Counted from the first letter of the stretch, positions 28,479-42,129 are shown. The stretch: DNA of 64,000 nt from Eledone cirrhosa (GCA_964016885.1 OZ024741.1:206894001-206958000); one strand, 5' to 3'. The notes: a model not told the origin generated them from the sequence alone. A program made the numbers and translations.

Positions 28479-29606
28479 ATCACCATTTATACGTGATAAA
28501 AATAACTCATTAACGTTATATAGGCATGCATGGCTTGAGGGTCTTTAATCAGTCACCCAGGCCAGAATTACCCTGCCTTTATAAAGGTATGTGTAGTTAC
28601 ATTATTCAATGTCTTTTTAAGATGATAGATTTGCTTCTATTTCTAAAACGTTCCGCGACTATATACAGACTCCATCTTCAAATGAGATCAAAACATATTC
28701 CCCTGGGTGAAGTACGTGTTTCCTCACTGCTGAGCAAAGATTTCGATTGCAACTTGATGAAAAGACAGGGTTTGTTCTGCAAGATTATGCGAAAATAAGG
28801 ATACAACAGCACACACGTGAGAAGAAAAGTAAAGAAAACAATATTTGGCAATGAAAAGATCAACATCGGTTTCAAACATACTAAACAAAATTGTTTAAAC
28901 ATTTCCAAGCATCAGAGAATTGATGATTTATAAAAAGATGGAATTGTAATGAACTATGCAGGAAAGATAAAATGAGAAATTTTCGAAATGTGGTGCATTC
29001 AGGTGGTAAATGAAAATACATTTTAGGGACTTTCCGAGAAATCTTCCGTTCAGTATTTGGACAGATGCTACTACCATCCTTTCTCAGTCAACTCCTTGGA
29101 TTAAATAACTGTTAAATTAAACTACTGATACTTGTGTCAAATTTAGATCTAATATTAGCGCCTATAACTCATACTATATTTTCCACATCTTCAGATGGAC
29201 GTTAAATAAATAAATCGGAGACAACGTTATGTAAAAACTGCCCAAGGCGGCCCACATTGGAAGTGAATTGATATCTAAGTGGTTAAGAGAATTAAACTAC
29301 ACTTTTATGACAGCATATATATATTTATATAGGCATAGCGAATATATAGACTAAAATATATGGTGGAGTCTTACATTGATTACCCTCATATCTAATTGTA
29401 TTTAATTCTATCTAACCATCAGGAATCATGTCACGCTCCAGTTTATGTTAGTATTTTCTGCTGCAAGTATTTTATAGGAATAAAAAATATAATAACAACA
29501 TAATCCATAGTGTGTTCACAAAAGTATATATATATATATATATATATATGTCTGCATCTCTGTTTTGTTCCCGTATAAATTTGCACTATATATATATATA
29601 TGTATA

Positions 29607-29696
<90 letters not shown>

Positions 29697-29832
29697 TATA
29701 TTCAGTAGATAAGTTTGCAATTCAATTTAAGCACCCGACGTCATATTACTTCTTCAAAATAAGGATGACGGAGTATATTTAAAATGCGGAAAATGCGAGG
29801 TTGAAGATATTAAAAAGTCTTTTAATAATTGA

Positions 29833-29883
29833 GCCGTTATACATACTTCAATGACGATAGATATCGTGATTTCTTCAGACAGC
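29833..29883 (-). ncRNA. Minimal hammerhead (GAAA mutated to GAAG) in fold-back insertion 29790-30053
   Basis: Stem I GCTGT/ACGGC, CUGAAGA, stem II AATCACGAT/ATCGTCATT; opposite arm keeps GAAATATGTATAACGGC at 29993-30009. Confidence 0.7.
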
Positions 29884-30056
29884 AAAACTGAGTAAAAGGT
29901 AACATTTCCGAAGCAATTATGGATGGAAGGAAGCGGACTAAAAAAATTATGTTTTTGCTTTGGTTGTCCGCTAACAAATATCGATCGTCATTGAAATATG
30001 TATAACGGCTCAATTAATAAAAGACACTTTAACATCTACAACTTCGCATTTTTTTC

Positions 30057-30096
<40 letters not shown>

Positions 30097-30109
30097 ACAT
30101 ATATCTATA

Positions 30110-30144
<35 letters not shown>

Positions 30145-30699
30145 TATACTATGTGTTAGTTAAATACTCGACACTAGTTTACACTGCATAGGGCACCCAA
30201 CGAAGTATACAAGTAGGTCTGCATACTCTGGAGTATAATTATACTAATGAAGTATAAGTCAACAGGTTAGAGTTGTTTATTTCATTTATTCATTACACAA
30301 TTGCTGTTATTCATATTTCGATGATAACAACTATTTGTTGAACAGATACACAAAAAAAATAACATGAAGAATAAATATGGATTACTCATGCTATTTCATG
30401 TAAACAAATCATGTGTGGTTTACAAGAGTGTGGTAATTGGAATTTGGAAATTGGATTAAATTAACAGCTTTCACCTTATTTGTGTTACTATATAAAATAG
30501 TCAAATAGCGAGGCGTATATGCCCCCATAACGGAATGCGTGAGTATCAGCTGATTATATTAACTTGCCCACTAGTTGGTGTAATTAGCTAGGATACATAT
30601 CGAACACACACATCTTATGTTCGCCATGGGTGTGCTAGACGTTTACATAAAATTGTGGGCAAATTTGTATAATCGACTAGCATACTTACTGCGAAAACA

Positions 30700-30904
30700 A
30701 GGGCGGTGGATTGGCAGTATCGGTAGAGACGGACATCATGCTTTGCAGCATAGAGTTACGGCCCTTTACGGTCTGAGTTCAAATCCCGCCGAGGTTAACT
30801 TTGCCTTTCATCCTTACGGGTTCGATAAAATAAAGCACCAATAACGTACTGGGGTCGACTTTCCACACTCCCTAAATTACTGGCCTTGTGCCTATACTGG
30901 AAAC
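30700..30904 (+). mobile_element. Full-length tRNA-derived SINE with 19-bp target site duplication
   Basis: TSD CATACTTACTGCGAAAACA at 30681-30699 and 30905-30923; A and B boxes. Confidence 0.93.
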
Positions 30905-31260
30905 CATACTTACTGCGAAAACAGGAGGTGTGGGCAATTGTTCCTTGTATCGTCTCTGATTGAACAATTTCTTGCGAGTGGAATTTGGTAGTTAGGATCA
31001 TCACCCTCCCAATATTTGTATACATATTGACGTAATGAATCAACTACTAACTTCGTATAGTATTCTGCTCACAATCGTAAGGCAGCTACAAGCGTCTGTT
31101 ATACTCAGCCACATACATATTCATTTCAGAAATAGGCTGTTCTATTGATCATACGACTGGAATACTCGTCGTCAGAAGCGACGAGGGTCCAATAAACACC
31201 ACATATGCGTACACGAAAACACAAATATCTATGTATTATTCTTATATATATATATATATA

Positions 31261-31450
31261 TAAATTAGCGAGAATCGCATTTCGGTTAGTGGAAATTAGC
31301 GAAAAACGACTTCCGAATTGTGTGGCAAGCGCTCGATAGATACGAGTGTACTAGAGCAATAAACATACGTTAAAAGGGCCATACACACTGAGACGATGGT
31401 TAAACCATTAACCGCAAAGCCAAAAAAGCGAGCAAGCTATTCGGGTCAGA
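31261..31450. repeat. Dispersed TA-anchored repeat, inverted homolog at 35580-35756
   Basis: CGAGAATCGCATTTCGG and ACACACTGAGACGATGGTTAAAC match the reverse complement of 35580-35756. Confidence 0.7.
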
Positions 31451-31511
31451 CAAATAATAATATATGATTGAAAAATTAATATATGATTGAAATTTATATA
31501 TATATATATAT

Positions 31512-31900
31512 AGTGACGAAACATAAGTCAATTGCATAAACTCATAATCCGTTATTTACTGCTATATATATTTCGATGATAGCCATTGAATGGCTATGAC
31601 CTCATCAGGCAGTTAGTCAGTTCTTAGATTTGCCAGTTCTTTGTTTATGGCGTTGATAGTATCAGCGCCTAGGGACATATGAGCTTGTTAGGGATAATTT
31701 AATGTTGTCAGCAGGAATAATCTTAATTCTCATTGGTCAGTTTGTAGATGCTAGTACGGTTGGTATTTGACCTCAAAGAAGCAGGTGGTGTTGTAAAGTT
31801 CAAACCGTCAGGCAAGATGACAATAGTTCCATATGACTGATTTTCACAAAAGGCATTCCTGGTCAGATATATATTCAATTGAGGTTAATAGCATGAAATA
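31512..31900 (-). mobile_element. PLE 3' end: endonuclease C-terminus plus 3' UTR ending in (TA)n
   Basis: Minus-strand LPDGLN motif near 31797-31817, typical of PLE GIY-YIG ends; HHR downstream. Confidence 0.55.
31558..31613 (-). ncRNA. Minimal type I hammerhead ribozyme (same family as 18848)
   Basis: ACTGC-CUGAUGA-GGTCATAGCCA/TGGCTATCATC-GAAA-TATATA-UA-GCAGT; stem II pair C-G at 18848 is T-A here. Confidence 0.85.
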
Positions 31901-31919
31901 GATACTACAGGTCATTCTT

Positions 31920-32222
31920 AAATTGAGGAATTTATGTGGGGTGGTACTACTGAAAATTATGGTTAGAGTCGAATACTAGAAAGTTTACATATAAAAAGAC
32001 TTATGTTGGTTGACTTGCACATACACTCAGACCCACCCCCACAGACACACACGCACATCCACAAATACAAATTGAGGAATTTATGTAGGGTGGTAATACT
32101 GAAAATTATGGTTAGAGTCAAATACTTAGAAAGTTTACAAATAAAAAGACTTATGTTGGTTGACTTGTACATACACTCACACCTACCCCCATGGACACAC
32201 ACACCCATCTACACACACAAAT
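31920..32222. repeat. Two-copy tandem duplication of about 150 bp
   Basis: AAATTGAGGAATTTATGT..AAAAAGACTTATGTTGGTTGACTTG repeated. Confidence 0.85.
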
Positions 32223-32340
32223 CCATACAGGTGTGTATATATATGTATGTACGCACAAGTGCACATATATATACAACAGAGGCCCCCAAATCCAAGTATA
32301 AGGCAGACATAAAACGAGGTGGGTGTTATTTTTAAAGAAA

Positions 32341-32529
32341 AGGGCGGTGGATTGGCAGTATTGGTAAAGGGTCGGACGCCATGCTTTGCAGCAAAGAGTT
32401 ACATTCCTTTATGGTCTGAGTTCAAATCCCGCCGAGGTTAACTTTGCCTTTCATCCTTACGGGTTCGATAAAATAAAGTACCAGTAATACACTGGGATAT
32501 TTGCTGGCCTTGTGCCAAATGTAGAAACA
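32341..32529 (+). mobile_element. Full-length tRNA-derived SINE with 16-bp TSD
   Basis: TSD GTTATTTTTAAAGAAA at 32325-32340 and 32530-32545. Confidence 0.93.
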
Positions 32530-33131
32530 GTTATTTTTAAAGAAAGGTAAAGTGGGTGTTTGGAGAAGTTATTGTTTAGACTAGACAAAAGTAGAGTGTG
32601 ATATATATATTAACAGCAATAGCTTGGGGGCTTTGGAGCTTAGGCGAATCTCTTAGTACAGATATATATAGGTACACGCACCCACCCACACTTGTATACC
32701 TCTGGATACGGGTGTATGTCTATATACACATGTGCACTCATACAAGAGAGCATACACAAATATACTCTTAAGCATACACTCGAACATTTTTCAAATGCAA
32801 CCTGGGCTATTAGTATTTCGTTGCGTTCACATGAGTGTGTACATTCAAGTAATCTCAGTATACACACACAACGCACAGTTGCGGGCACTCATTCATGCGT
32901 ATAGGGTTAGTACCTTAGGATAATTGTTCTTCCTGTGTGGGCTACTCCCGGTGGGGGGGTCCTCAGGTTCAATAAACAGGGTTTTGCTGACTCCTAACCA
33001 GTAGAGGATCCGGTGGACAATCCACCGTAGGGACTACAAACTATGGGTGGGTGTTGTTGTCCATTGGTCATTGGTACGGGGTGTAGGAGACCTACAGGGG
33101 GGGGAGCGTTGTGGGAGGCCTTAACCGGGGT

Positions 33132-34370
33132 TTATCCATATAGCTTGAGGAAAGTTCCCGTCCTTAGGTGTCTGCAGGCGCCGAATAAGTCAGCCCTTCT
33201 GTTCAATACCTTGGTTCCGCTATGAAGTATCTCGAGTGTCTCACTAAGACAGAGGTTGCAAATACCAGACCTACCTCTGTCTGGTGGAACCATTCTAACC
33301 ACGGACCAGACCAGAGAGTGCGGGGTCTTTTCAAGTTTGAGCTTCCAGATCAATTGAGAAAGAGCCGTACATTTCCTCTTTTCTATTCTGTTAAAGGAAT
33401 GGTGATGGTTATACCACCTAGCTTTGAAGTTCATCTCCGTGGATCCCATTTAGTGGTGCTCCGAGTTAGGGGTTGTGACATTGCACCTGTAGACTACGTT
33501 TTTCGTCATGCATTCATTACTAAGGGGACATAGTGATGGGTCTCTGCAATTGTATGACTTCTTAAGCCCCTGCACATGTACCGCGTGGTTACCATCACGC
33601 GGGGTTGGCTGGGTAGCCGCCGCAATCAGCACAGGGTCGTTGGGTTCCGCTGTGCTAGTTGGGCCTGTTCGAGGTCTGGTGCGTCCCGCGTGCTGGTTCC
33701 GTTGGGTGGGCCGGGGTTTACAGTGGCATTAGAGGCAATGAGCCTCTAATACCACCGTATTTATGCCGGCTATGTGCTGGGCTACGGAGCGTGTGGTTGA
33801 GTAGGAAAGCTTCACCGTGTGCCTGTTGAATATTTCATGGTACTTGTGGGCTCTAGGGAAACATTTATCCAATACTCTAAAGAATATTCTATCCAGGCTG
33901 GTACGTAGACCCACCGAATACGGGGGGTTATACCATGTGAACTTCCTGGTCCTATTATTGCGGGGTTGTTGGGTGTCCGCCGTGGTCCATCGCGGGGTTG
34001 TGCACAGCTCAGGTCGAGCTCGGTTGGTGTCACTCAGGTGTGCGGAGCGGTCACTATCATGAGGGTTATATGGGCCCACAGTGGGGCTATAAATCTGCGC
34101 GTTGCGGCCTCCCTGCTCAATGAGGGTTCGGCGGGTGGTGGGGCCAGTGCAGTGGTGCCTATGTTCCGCACCGCAGTGGTCTTCAGCGTTGTAGGTATTA
34201 GACCGGTCGGGTATGCGGGACATTCTACCAGGGGTGGTGACGGATAGGGGTCTGGGAGTGTTACTACTGGCCACCGAGGTAATAGGTGGGCGACTCATGC
34301 CTCTGAGGGTATTGGCCCGGAGCACACTTGGGTCATCTCGATCATGTCCCTTAGGGTTATAGCTGATCAT
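33132..34370 (-). mobile_element. Penelope-like element 3' coding part (linker plus GIY-YIG endonuclease, Neptune-like), disrupted
   Basis: WYNPPYS..IFNRHTVKLSYS; NC..CPL..C...VVY.C; GST..FK.R..H..SF; ALS..IW.LK; CNLCL.E..I; LNRR.....CRH. Confidence 0.9.
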
Positions 34371-34706
34371 ATGGCTGTGGGACGCTTATATCTAGATCCC
34401 TCTTAATTGCACTTAAAATATAGGTTCCCAAAATCTGAATCTAAGTATATTTTATTAGTTATCTCTTCGTCCCTCAAATACTACATATAATGTACCCTAT
34501 AGTAGTCCTCACATGTCAATTTCCTACATCTGTATCATATCAGTTCGTTTACCATGATAGTTTATCAGTATATTCTATTTCTTACTTATATTGATGTTAT
34601 TATTTTAACTATTCAGTATCTAGTTATTTTATTATTGATATTATTGTTCTGGTCTAATACCACTCCTCATAAAAGCCATGCCTTGCGAATTATCCTCACA
34701 TCCGCT

Positions 34707-34815
34707 TGCTCTAATGAATTGACTGGTTATAAACAAAGTATTTGAGATCGATTGACGCAACATCAAGCGATTAGCGAACTCTAGACCTACCAGATCAAAG
34801 AAACAATTGTCAGCA
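34707..34815 (+). ncRNA. Hammerhead-like motif with about 80-nt expanded stem-loop II; core G5 changed to A
   Basis: TGCT-CTAATGA, TTGACTGGT/ACCAGATCAA, GAAA-CAATTG-UC-AGCA; 3' half matches HHR at 45736-45782. Confidence 0.55.
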
Positions 34816-35025
34816 CTCTGAATAAAGCCCGCATTGTACAGCCAACCATGTTACTCTTATTTCTTGAATTATTATTACTCCAAGTATAACCTACATAGAA
34901 ATCACCGCGAACTCGCTGCATCACTATGGAAGCGTCTAAGCCATACGTTAATACCATCCACAGCACGGAGTACACTAACTGGACTACCTCTAAGTGGACT
35001 GCTTATAACGATAACTTGATATCCC

Positions 35026-35085
<60 letters not shown>

Positions 35086-35092
<7 letters not shown>

Positions 35093-35292
35093 TAACGGAT
35101 TAAAGTGTAAGCAAAGAATCGCTGTTTCGCCCTTAGAAGATCCCGTTAAGGGTGAAGGCAGCGATGCGTTGCTTAAACTTTAATCTGTTATTTTAATAAA
35201 TATTTGCTCAACGGTTCTTATATATTTGATATATATTTATCCTTATCCAGCCCTCTTTGGATTTCAGTCTTCAAATTTGTTATTATTACTAT
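35086..35292. mobile_element. Family B PLE 3'-end fold-back in (TA)n
   Basis: Short minus arm joined inside the HHR core to the plus arm ending TTATTATTACTATA; further fragments at 9504-9690 and 41995-42062. Confidence 0.8.
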
Positions 35293-35760
35293 ACATATAT
35301 AACATACACAACTGAATTCATTCGCCTGATATAGGGGTTGCCTCCCTTGCCGATCCCCACGTAGAGTCAGCAATAGTCAGTCCTTGTATTAACATTGAAC
35401 TAAAACCTGTTGAGAAAGTGGCTTCCTTATTCAATCATCTTACCAGAAGCCTAACATTATTTATGTAAGCGGACAGTACTTGATTTAGGAGCCGCAGAAA
35501 CCCAAATGCTGGATTTTACCAACCTTCCAGGGGTCCGGGTAAATTTTCAATCACAGATATTTTTTATTTGTTTGACCTGAATTACTTGATCGTTTTTTTT
35601 GGCTATGCGAATGATTGTTTAACCATCGTCTCAGTGTGTTTGGCCTTTAACGTTTGTTATAGCTCTGGTTCATCTGAATCATTGAGCACTTGCCACACAT
35701 CTCGGAGGTTGTTTTTCGTTATTTCGTGGGCCGAAATGCGATTCTCGATAATTTATATTT

Positions 35761-35884
<124 letters not shown>

Positions 35885-36539
35885 TGTGAGTGTGTGTGTA
35901 TGCGTATTTGTCAGTGTGTGTGTGTATTGGATTTTCTTAGTTAAAATAGAAATCAAAGTTTAAATGAGTACATAGAGTTGAACTGTAGAGATTAAAACCA
36001 TAACGGTAATCATAGTAACCATTTCTACTTCAGGCAGAATGTCACAAATGATTTAGAGAAAGGGGGAAACGTCGATTATCTCGATCCAGTACTTCAATGG
36101 CAATTTATTTTTGAACCCGTCAGGATAAACCGAAAAGTTCACGACGGAAGGGTTTGAAGCCGAAATGTAAAATCTGGAACAAATTCCTAAATGAATTTTC
36201 TCAGACGCTCTAAACACTTCGCCAATTGGTGTTATTCACACACATTACACAATAATTCACATACACACATACTCACCAAGCACACAAAAACACACGCACA
36301 CATACATTTAAGTATGGTTTTAAAAACAGAAGAGAACATAAATTTATGTATGTATGGAATGTTCTTCTGGATTTATAATTTCACAAAATTTTTGGAATGT
36401 TTTACATAATGTTAATGTTCTATTAAATGATTTTCTGTGTAATTTCCTAACTAATTGTGTTCTTTCTGTTTCTGTGAAGCCCAGCTTCTTAAGATTTGTA
36501 CTGAAGCAGTTACTAACATATCATGTATGGTATGCAAGA

Positions 36540-36780
36540 CCAGCAGTGACCCATGCAACCAGTCTCCCGCTCTACGCCACAGATGTTGTCCAAGGGAAAG
36601 GCAGAAACCGATACAGCTTGGCACCAGTAACATCGCAACTCATTTCTACATTTGAGTAAACTGGAACAGCGTGAAATAAAATGCCTTGCTGAAGGTTGCA
36701 ATGCATCGCCCGACCCAAGAATCTAGCTGAAACATCCCAGTTGCAAGCCCAACACTCTACCCCACTAAACCATGCGTCCC
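36540..36780 (-). mobile_element. Second SINE family
   Basis: CGCAACTCATTTCTACA..GTGAAATAAA..CTTGCT shared with 40050-40260 and 14870-14945; tRNA-like head on minus strand. Confidence 0.6.
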
Positions 36781-36797
36781 ACACAAACATACGCACG

Positions 36798-36845
<48 letters not shown>

Positions 36846-36875
36846 TATATATGTGTGTGTGTGTGTATAACAACA

Positions 36876-37042
36876 TTTAATATAGAAAAGGTTTCTACAG
36901 GACTAGAACTGTTTCATTCATTCGAAGGAAATCATCAGTTCTAGTCCTGTAGAAGCCATTTCTATATTAAATTTTGTTGCATATATCCTACTAATATATT
37001 GAGTACCTTACATACTGTAGTTACCCCTGATTGAACCCGGAA

Positions 37043-37046
<4 letters not shown>
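36876..37046. mobile_element. Family D fold-back with HHR core on minus strand (stem I 5' strand lost)
   Basis: TCATCAG 36932-36938 joined via CAG microhomology to plus-arm stem III; homologous to 39209-39397 and 46686-46821. Confidence 0.75.
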
Positions 37047-37086
<40 letters not shown>

Positions 37087-37127
37087 TGTGTGTGAGTGTG
37101 TGTTTGTGTGTGTGTGTGAATGTATAA

Positions 37128-37345
37128 ATTATAAAGAGTTAGGAACCCAATGGCTGAGCTCTTGCCGTTTCAACAGCTAGTTCTAGACTCAGACTGAGCC
37201 TGGAACTAGCTGATGAAACGGCAGTACCTCAGCCGTCCACGTTCTTACTCATAATAATATAACCATACACTACTACCGAAAGTATCGAGTACTCCGGTGA
37301 GTAATGTTCTAACCAGTTTCAAACTGAATCCATCCTGATGTATAT
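37128..37345. mobile_element. Family A-related fold-back centred on the putative stem-loop II
   Basis: GCCGTTTC-hairpin-GAAACGGC symmetry around 37193; 3' end in (TA)n. Confidence 0.7.
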
Positions 37346-37347
37346 AC

Positions 37348-37424
<77 letters not shown>

Positions 37425-37542
37425 TATATATATACATATACACCCCCCCCCCCCACTGCACTCTCAAGTGTGAAACTAATTTTAACACTTTGTACTGCCT
37501 CTTCGTTTCTTCGTTGTTGTTATTTTGTTTTCTGTTTAAACT

Positions 37543-37651
<109 letters not shown>

Positions 37652-37794
37652 TAAGTTTGTTGGTTCACCACTGGATAGAACTGGTCATTCCGTATGGGTC
37701 AACCTCGATGTAATATTATGGAGAGCACTCAACGTAATGCAACTCACCCGTCTTCGTTTGTGTAGTTGGTGGTGTGAGTACGGAGTTGATTATT

Positions 37795-38169
37795 ATAAAA
37801 TAACAGGAGGCTGGACTGGTGTAATTCCTTAAAAGGTTTATTATACTATGAACATTTCAATGACCGGGTTCAGTATGGATCCGGTGACATCATCAGGTAT
37901 TCGAAATATAACAAAGGAATATAATAGACAAAATCCATGGGGCTGGAAATCAGACTTGAGGGCGGCCGACCGGAGTAGAAGCTGCTAAATGTTCGGTCGC
38001 CCTCATGTCTCTGATTTTCAGCCCCATGGCTTTTGTCTATTATATTCGTTTGTTATATTTCGAACATCTGACGATGTCACCCGATTCATACTGAACCCGG
38101 TCATTGAAATGTTCATAGTATAATAAACCTTTTAAGGAATTACACCAGTCCATCCTCCTGTTATTTTAT
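37795..38169. mobile_element. 375-bp near-perfect inverted repeat with an HHR in each arm (37843-37900 minus; 38064-38121 plus)
   Basis: About 175-bp arms; ATAC-CUGAUGA..ACCGG/CCGGT..GAAA-TGTTCA-UA-GTAT; plus copy has CUGACGA at 38068-38074. Confidence 0.85.
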
Positions 38170-38213
38170 TATATATATATAATATATATATATATATAAG
38201 TATATATGTATGT

Positions 38214-38860
38214 ATACGTACATACACATATGTATACAGACGTACAGTAGTATGTATATATATACATACATGCACACATATATATATATATATGCACGTA
38301 TCGGTACTCACTCGATATGCAAATTAGACTGCTCAGCCGTTAATATGCATAAGGAAAGTATACACTTTCAGACGTTCAACCATCTGGCAGGAAGGTATAC
38401 GATGCTGACGATAGCTAATAAGCTTGAAACTAGTACATCGTTCCTGTGTCAGTGTTGAACAAAAAGGTGACGTGGTTGCCTAAACACTGTACGGCGTAAT
38501 CCGGGCTGTTTGTTTGTTTACAAACAAACAAACCGCCCGGATTACGCCGTACAGTGTTTAGGCAATCACGTCACCTTTTTGTTCAACACTGACACAGGAA
38601 CGATGTACTAGTTTCAAGCTTATTAGCTATCGTCAGCATCCTATACCTATACCATGCACACATATATATAGGCACGTATCGGTTTACCGAACATTTATTA
38701 TAATGCTCGGTTTGTTTACAAACAAACAAACCGAGCATTATAATAAATGTTCGGTAAACCGTGCTCGATAAATGTTCGATACGTGCCTATATATATGTGT
38801 GCATGTATGTATATATATACATACTACTGTACGTCTGTATACATATATGTATGTACGTAT
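38214..38860. repeat. Nested inverted-repeat complex (hairpins 38393-38648 and 38680-38761 inside an outer IR)
   Basis: Direct arm comparison; both hairpins turn on GTTTGTTT-AC-AAACAAACAAAC. Confidence 0.9.
38399..38441 (+). ncRNA. 43-nt minimal type I hammerhead ribozyme; inverted twin at 38600-38642
   Basis: ACGATG-CUGACGA-TAGCT(AATA)AGCTT-GAAA-CTAG-UA-CATCGT: perfect 6-bp stem I, palindromic ACTAGT stem III, GUA site. Confidence 0.9.
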
Positions 38861-38931
38861 CAATACATACATACTTACATCTAAATAAGTGGTGCCGTAC
38901 AAAGAGTGAGAAATGAAATTTCGTTTCATTC

Positions 38932-39022
<91 letters not shown>

Positions 39023-39267
39023 CAAGATACATATATCGGCAAGTTTTATAAGGGTGAAATGAAATAATATAAAAGTATTCAGTGCTTAGTACTTTGTCAC
39101 TCCTCACATATATTCATGTGTGTATGTAGAGGGAAGTAAATGAGGAAGAGAGATAAAGACACGCACACACACATATATATGTGTATGTGAATGTGTATAT
39201 ATATATACTTAATATAGAAATGGCTTCTACAGGACTAGAACTGTTTCATTGGAAGGAAATCATCAGG

Positions 39268-39319
39268 GGCTTTCCTGATGATTTCCTTCGAATGAAACAG
39301 TTCTAGTCTTGTAGAAGCC
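39268..39319 (+). ncRNA. Hammerhead ribozyme (family D) in fold-back 39209-39397
   Basis: GGCTTTC-CUGAUGA (39275-39281)..GAAA-CAG(TTCTAGTC)TTG-UA-GAAGCC; inverted core copy at 39222-39267. Confidence 0.75.
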
Positions 39320-39437
39320 ATTTCTATATTAAATATTTATACTCTGCTATGTATTGAGTACCTTACTTACTGGTTACCCCCGACTGAACCCGGGATACAC
39401 ACACACACACACACACAAGACACACACACGCGCGCAC

Positions 39438-39498
<61 letters not shown>

Positions 39499-39700
39499 TA
39501 TACTTACGCATAAAAACGTACATCTACCCACGCAGAAATATATTCACAGGCATCCCATATATATATATTAGAATGTATGCATTCATACATACATATATAT
39601 GTATATATATATATATGGGAAATGCCTATCTCCATGTTTGTGTTTCCTTTGCCTTCTAAACACTTGTTCTTAGTAACCACACGGCCTTGTCCCTTTAATT

Positions 39701-39769
<69 letters not shown>

Positions 39770-39838
39770 TAAAAACACAGAGAACAAAAAACAGAAAAAC
39801 GAAGAGGCAGTACAAATGATATTAGTTTTAGTTTCACG

Positions 39839-39893
<55 letters not shown>

Positions 39894-39896
39894 ATA

Positions 39897-39946
<50 letters not shown>

Positions 39947-40462
39947 GTAAATACATCATTCAGTTACGAATGACCATGTGTTTTACACCTGTAAAATTCT
40001 CTTCCATGGCATAAGGCCGAGCAAGGAGTTTGAGTGGTAGGACCAGCTGAGGTCCATGCAAACCAGTTTCCCCAAGTGAACGGCAAAGGTCGATACAGCT
40101 TGCTACCAGTGGCTTCGCAACTAATTTCTATAGTTGAGAGAACTAAAACAACATGAAATAAAATGTTTCGTCAAGGATGCAAAACATCGCCCAGTCCGCG
40201 AATCTAACTCACAACCTCACGATTGCGAGTTCAACTCTCTAACTAAAAAGCCACACGCCATCAGACACACACACACGCCTTCACACACAGACACACACAC
40301 ACACGCTCACACACACACACATTCATACACGCACACGTACAGACACACACATGGTCATATATAAACATATAGATACAGCCACATTCCAATGCTTTAGCTT
40401 CAAGACATGCAACAAACTTAAATTAGTAAAAGAGCGAGTAAAGAATACATATATGTACGTAA

Positions 40463-40723
40463 GTATGATTGTATGTATGTATGTATGTATGTATGTACGT
40501 ATGTACGTATGTATGTACGTATGTATGTATGTTTGTATGTATGTATGCATGTATGTATGTATTTATGTACGTATGTATGTATGTTCTCTCTTCTCTCTCT
40601 TAATTTCGAGTATATTTTTGACCGGCCACCTTCCTGGTTTCAAGGTTGTAAAAGAAAAGAAATTGTCATCCCTTGAATCGCAAGAATGTTTTGCAAATTT
40701 TGAAGGTGCCAGCTATCGCAGCC

Positions 40724-40767
<44 letters not shown>

Positions 40768-40980
40768 GTATGTATGATTGTACGTATGTACGTATGTACG
40801 TATGTATGTATGTTTTTATTATGTTTGTATGTATATTTGTATGTATGTTTGTATGTATATTTGTATGTATGTATGTTTGTATGTATGTTTGTATGTATGT
40901 ATGTTTGTATGTATGTATACATGTATATATATGTATATATGTACGTACGTACGTATGTATGGATGGATGGATGGATGTAA
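40463..40980. repeat. (GTAT)n tetranucleotide microsatellite field, interrupted
   Basis: Direct reading. Confidence 0.95.
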
Positions 40981-41407
40981 GCATGTTTGTGTACTCGTAT
41001 ATTGTTACTTATTTATCAAAACAATTCTACATACAAGGACAGTCATGTGTATATAATAAGTTTCTAGAGACATACACACTTACCTGTTGTTGATGGGGTA
41101 TCTTGTTGTTGTTCAAAACATGTGCAACTTAGAATCTCACTGTTACCGGTAGATTGTCAGTATAGAGGTACTTGGTGAATGAAATAGTGTGGGAGGGCGA
41201 GCATTAGGGAGGTACTATAGAGAGAGTTGGAGAGTAGAATAGAGAGTAAGATAGATAGGTATGCAGAAAGAGAAGGGGGTTGCGAAGATTGAGGAGAAAG
41301 AAGTGAGAGAGAATTTGAGTAAGACAGGGCGGAGAAATAGAGTGGTAAATAGAGATAGAGAAAAAGTTGGATAGAGGTAGATTGATATATATATAGATAG
41401 ATAGGTA

Positions 41408-41783
<376 letters not shown>

Positions 41784-41961
41784 GATAGTTAAGCAGTTGG
41801 AGAGGAATGGTGTATATAGATGGAAACAAAGGCGTGTTTATACGTTTGTGTGTGTCTGTGCGCGCGCGTGTATTGAGCGATAGAGAAAAGAAGAAAGAAA
41901 GAAAAACGAAAAAAAAAAGAGAGAACAGGCTAAGCTTGAGAGTGAGAGAATTAGAGTTAGA

Positions 41962-41999
<38 letters not shown>

Positions 42000-42098
42000 A
42001 TATATAGTTATCCTTATCGAGCCCTCTTTGGATTTTAGTCTTCAAACTTATTATTATTACTATATATATATATATATATATGTATTTATATATATATG

Positions 42099-42129
<31 letters not shown>

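Noticed and set aside
29170-29200. Minus-strand CTGAAGA-TGTG-GAAA
   Set aside because: No stem II and no valid NUH site with stem I; likely chance
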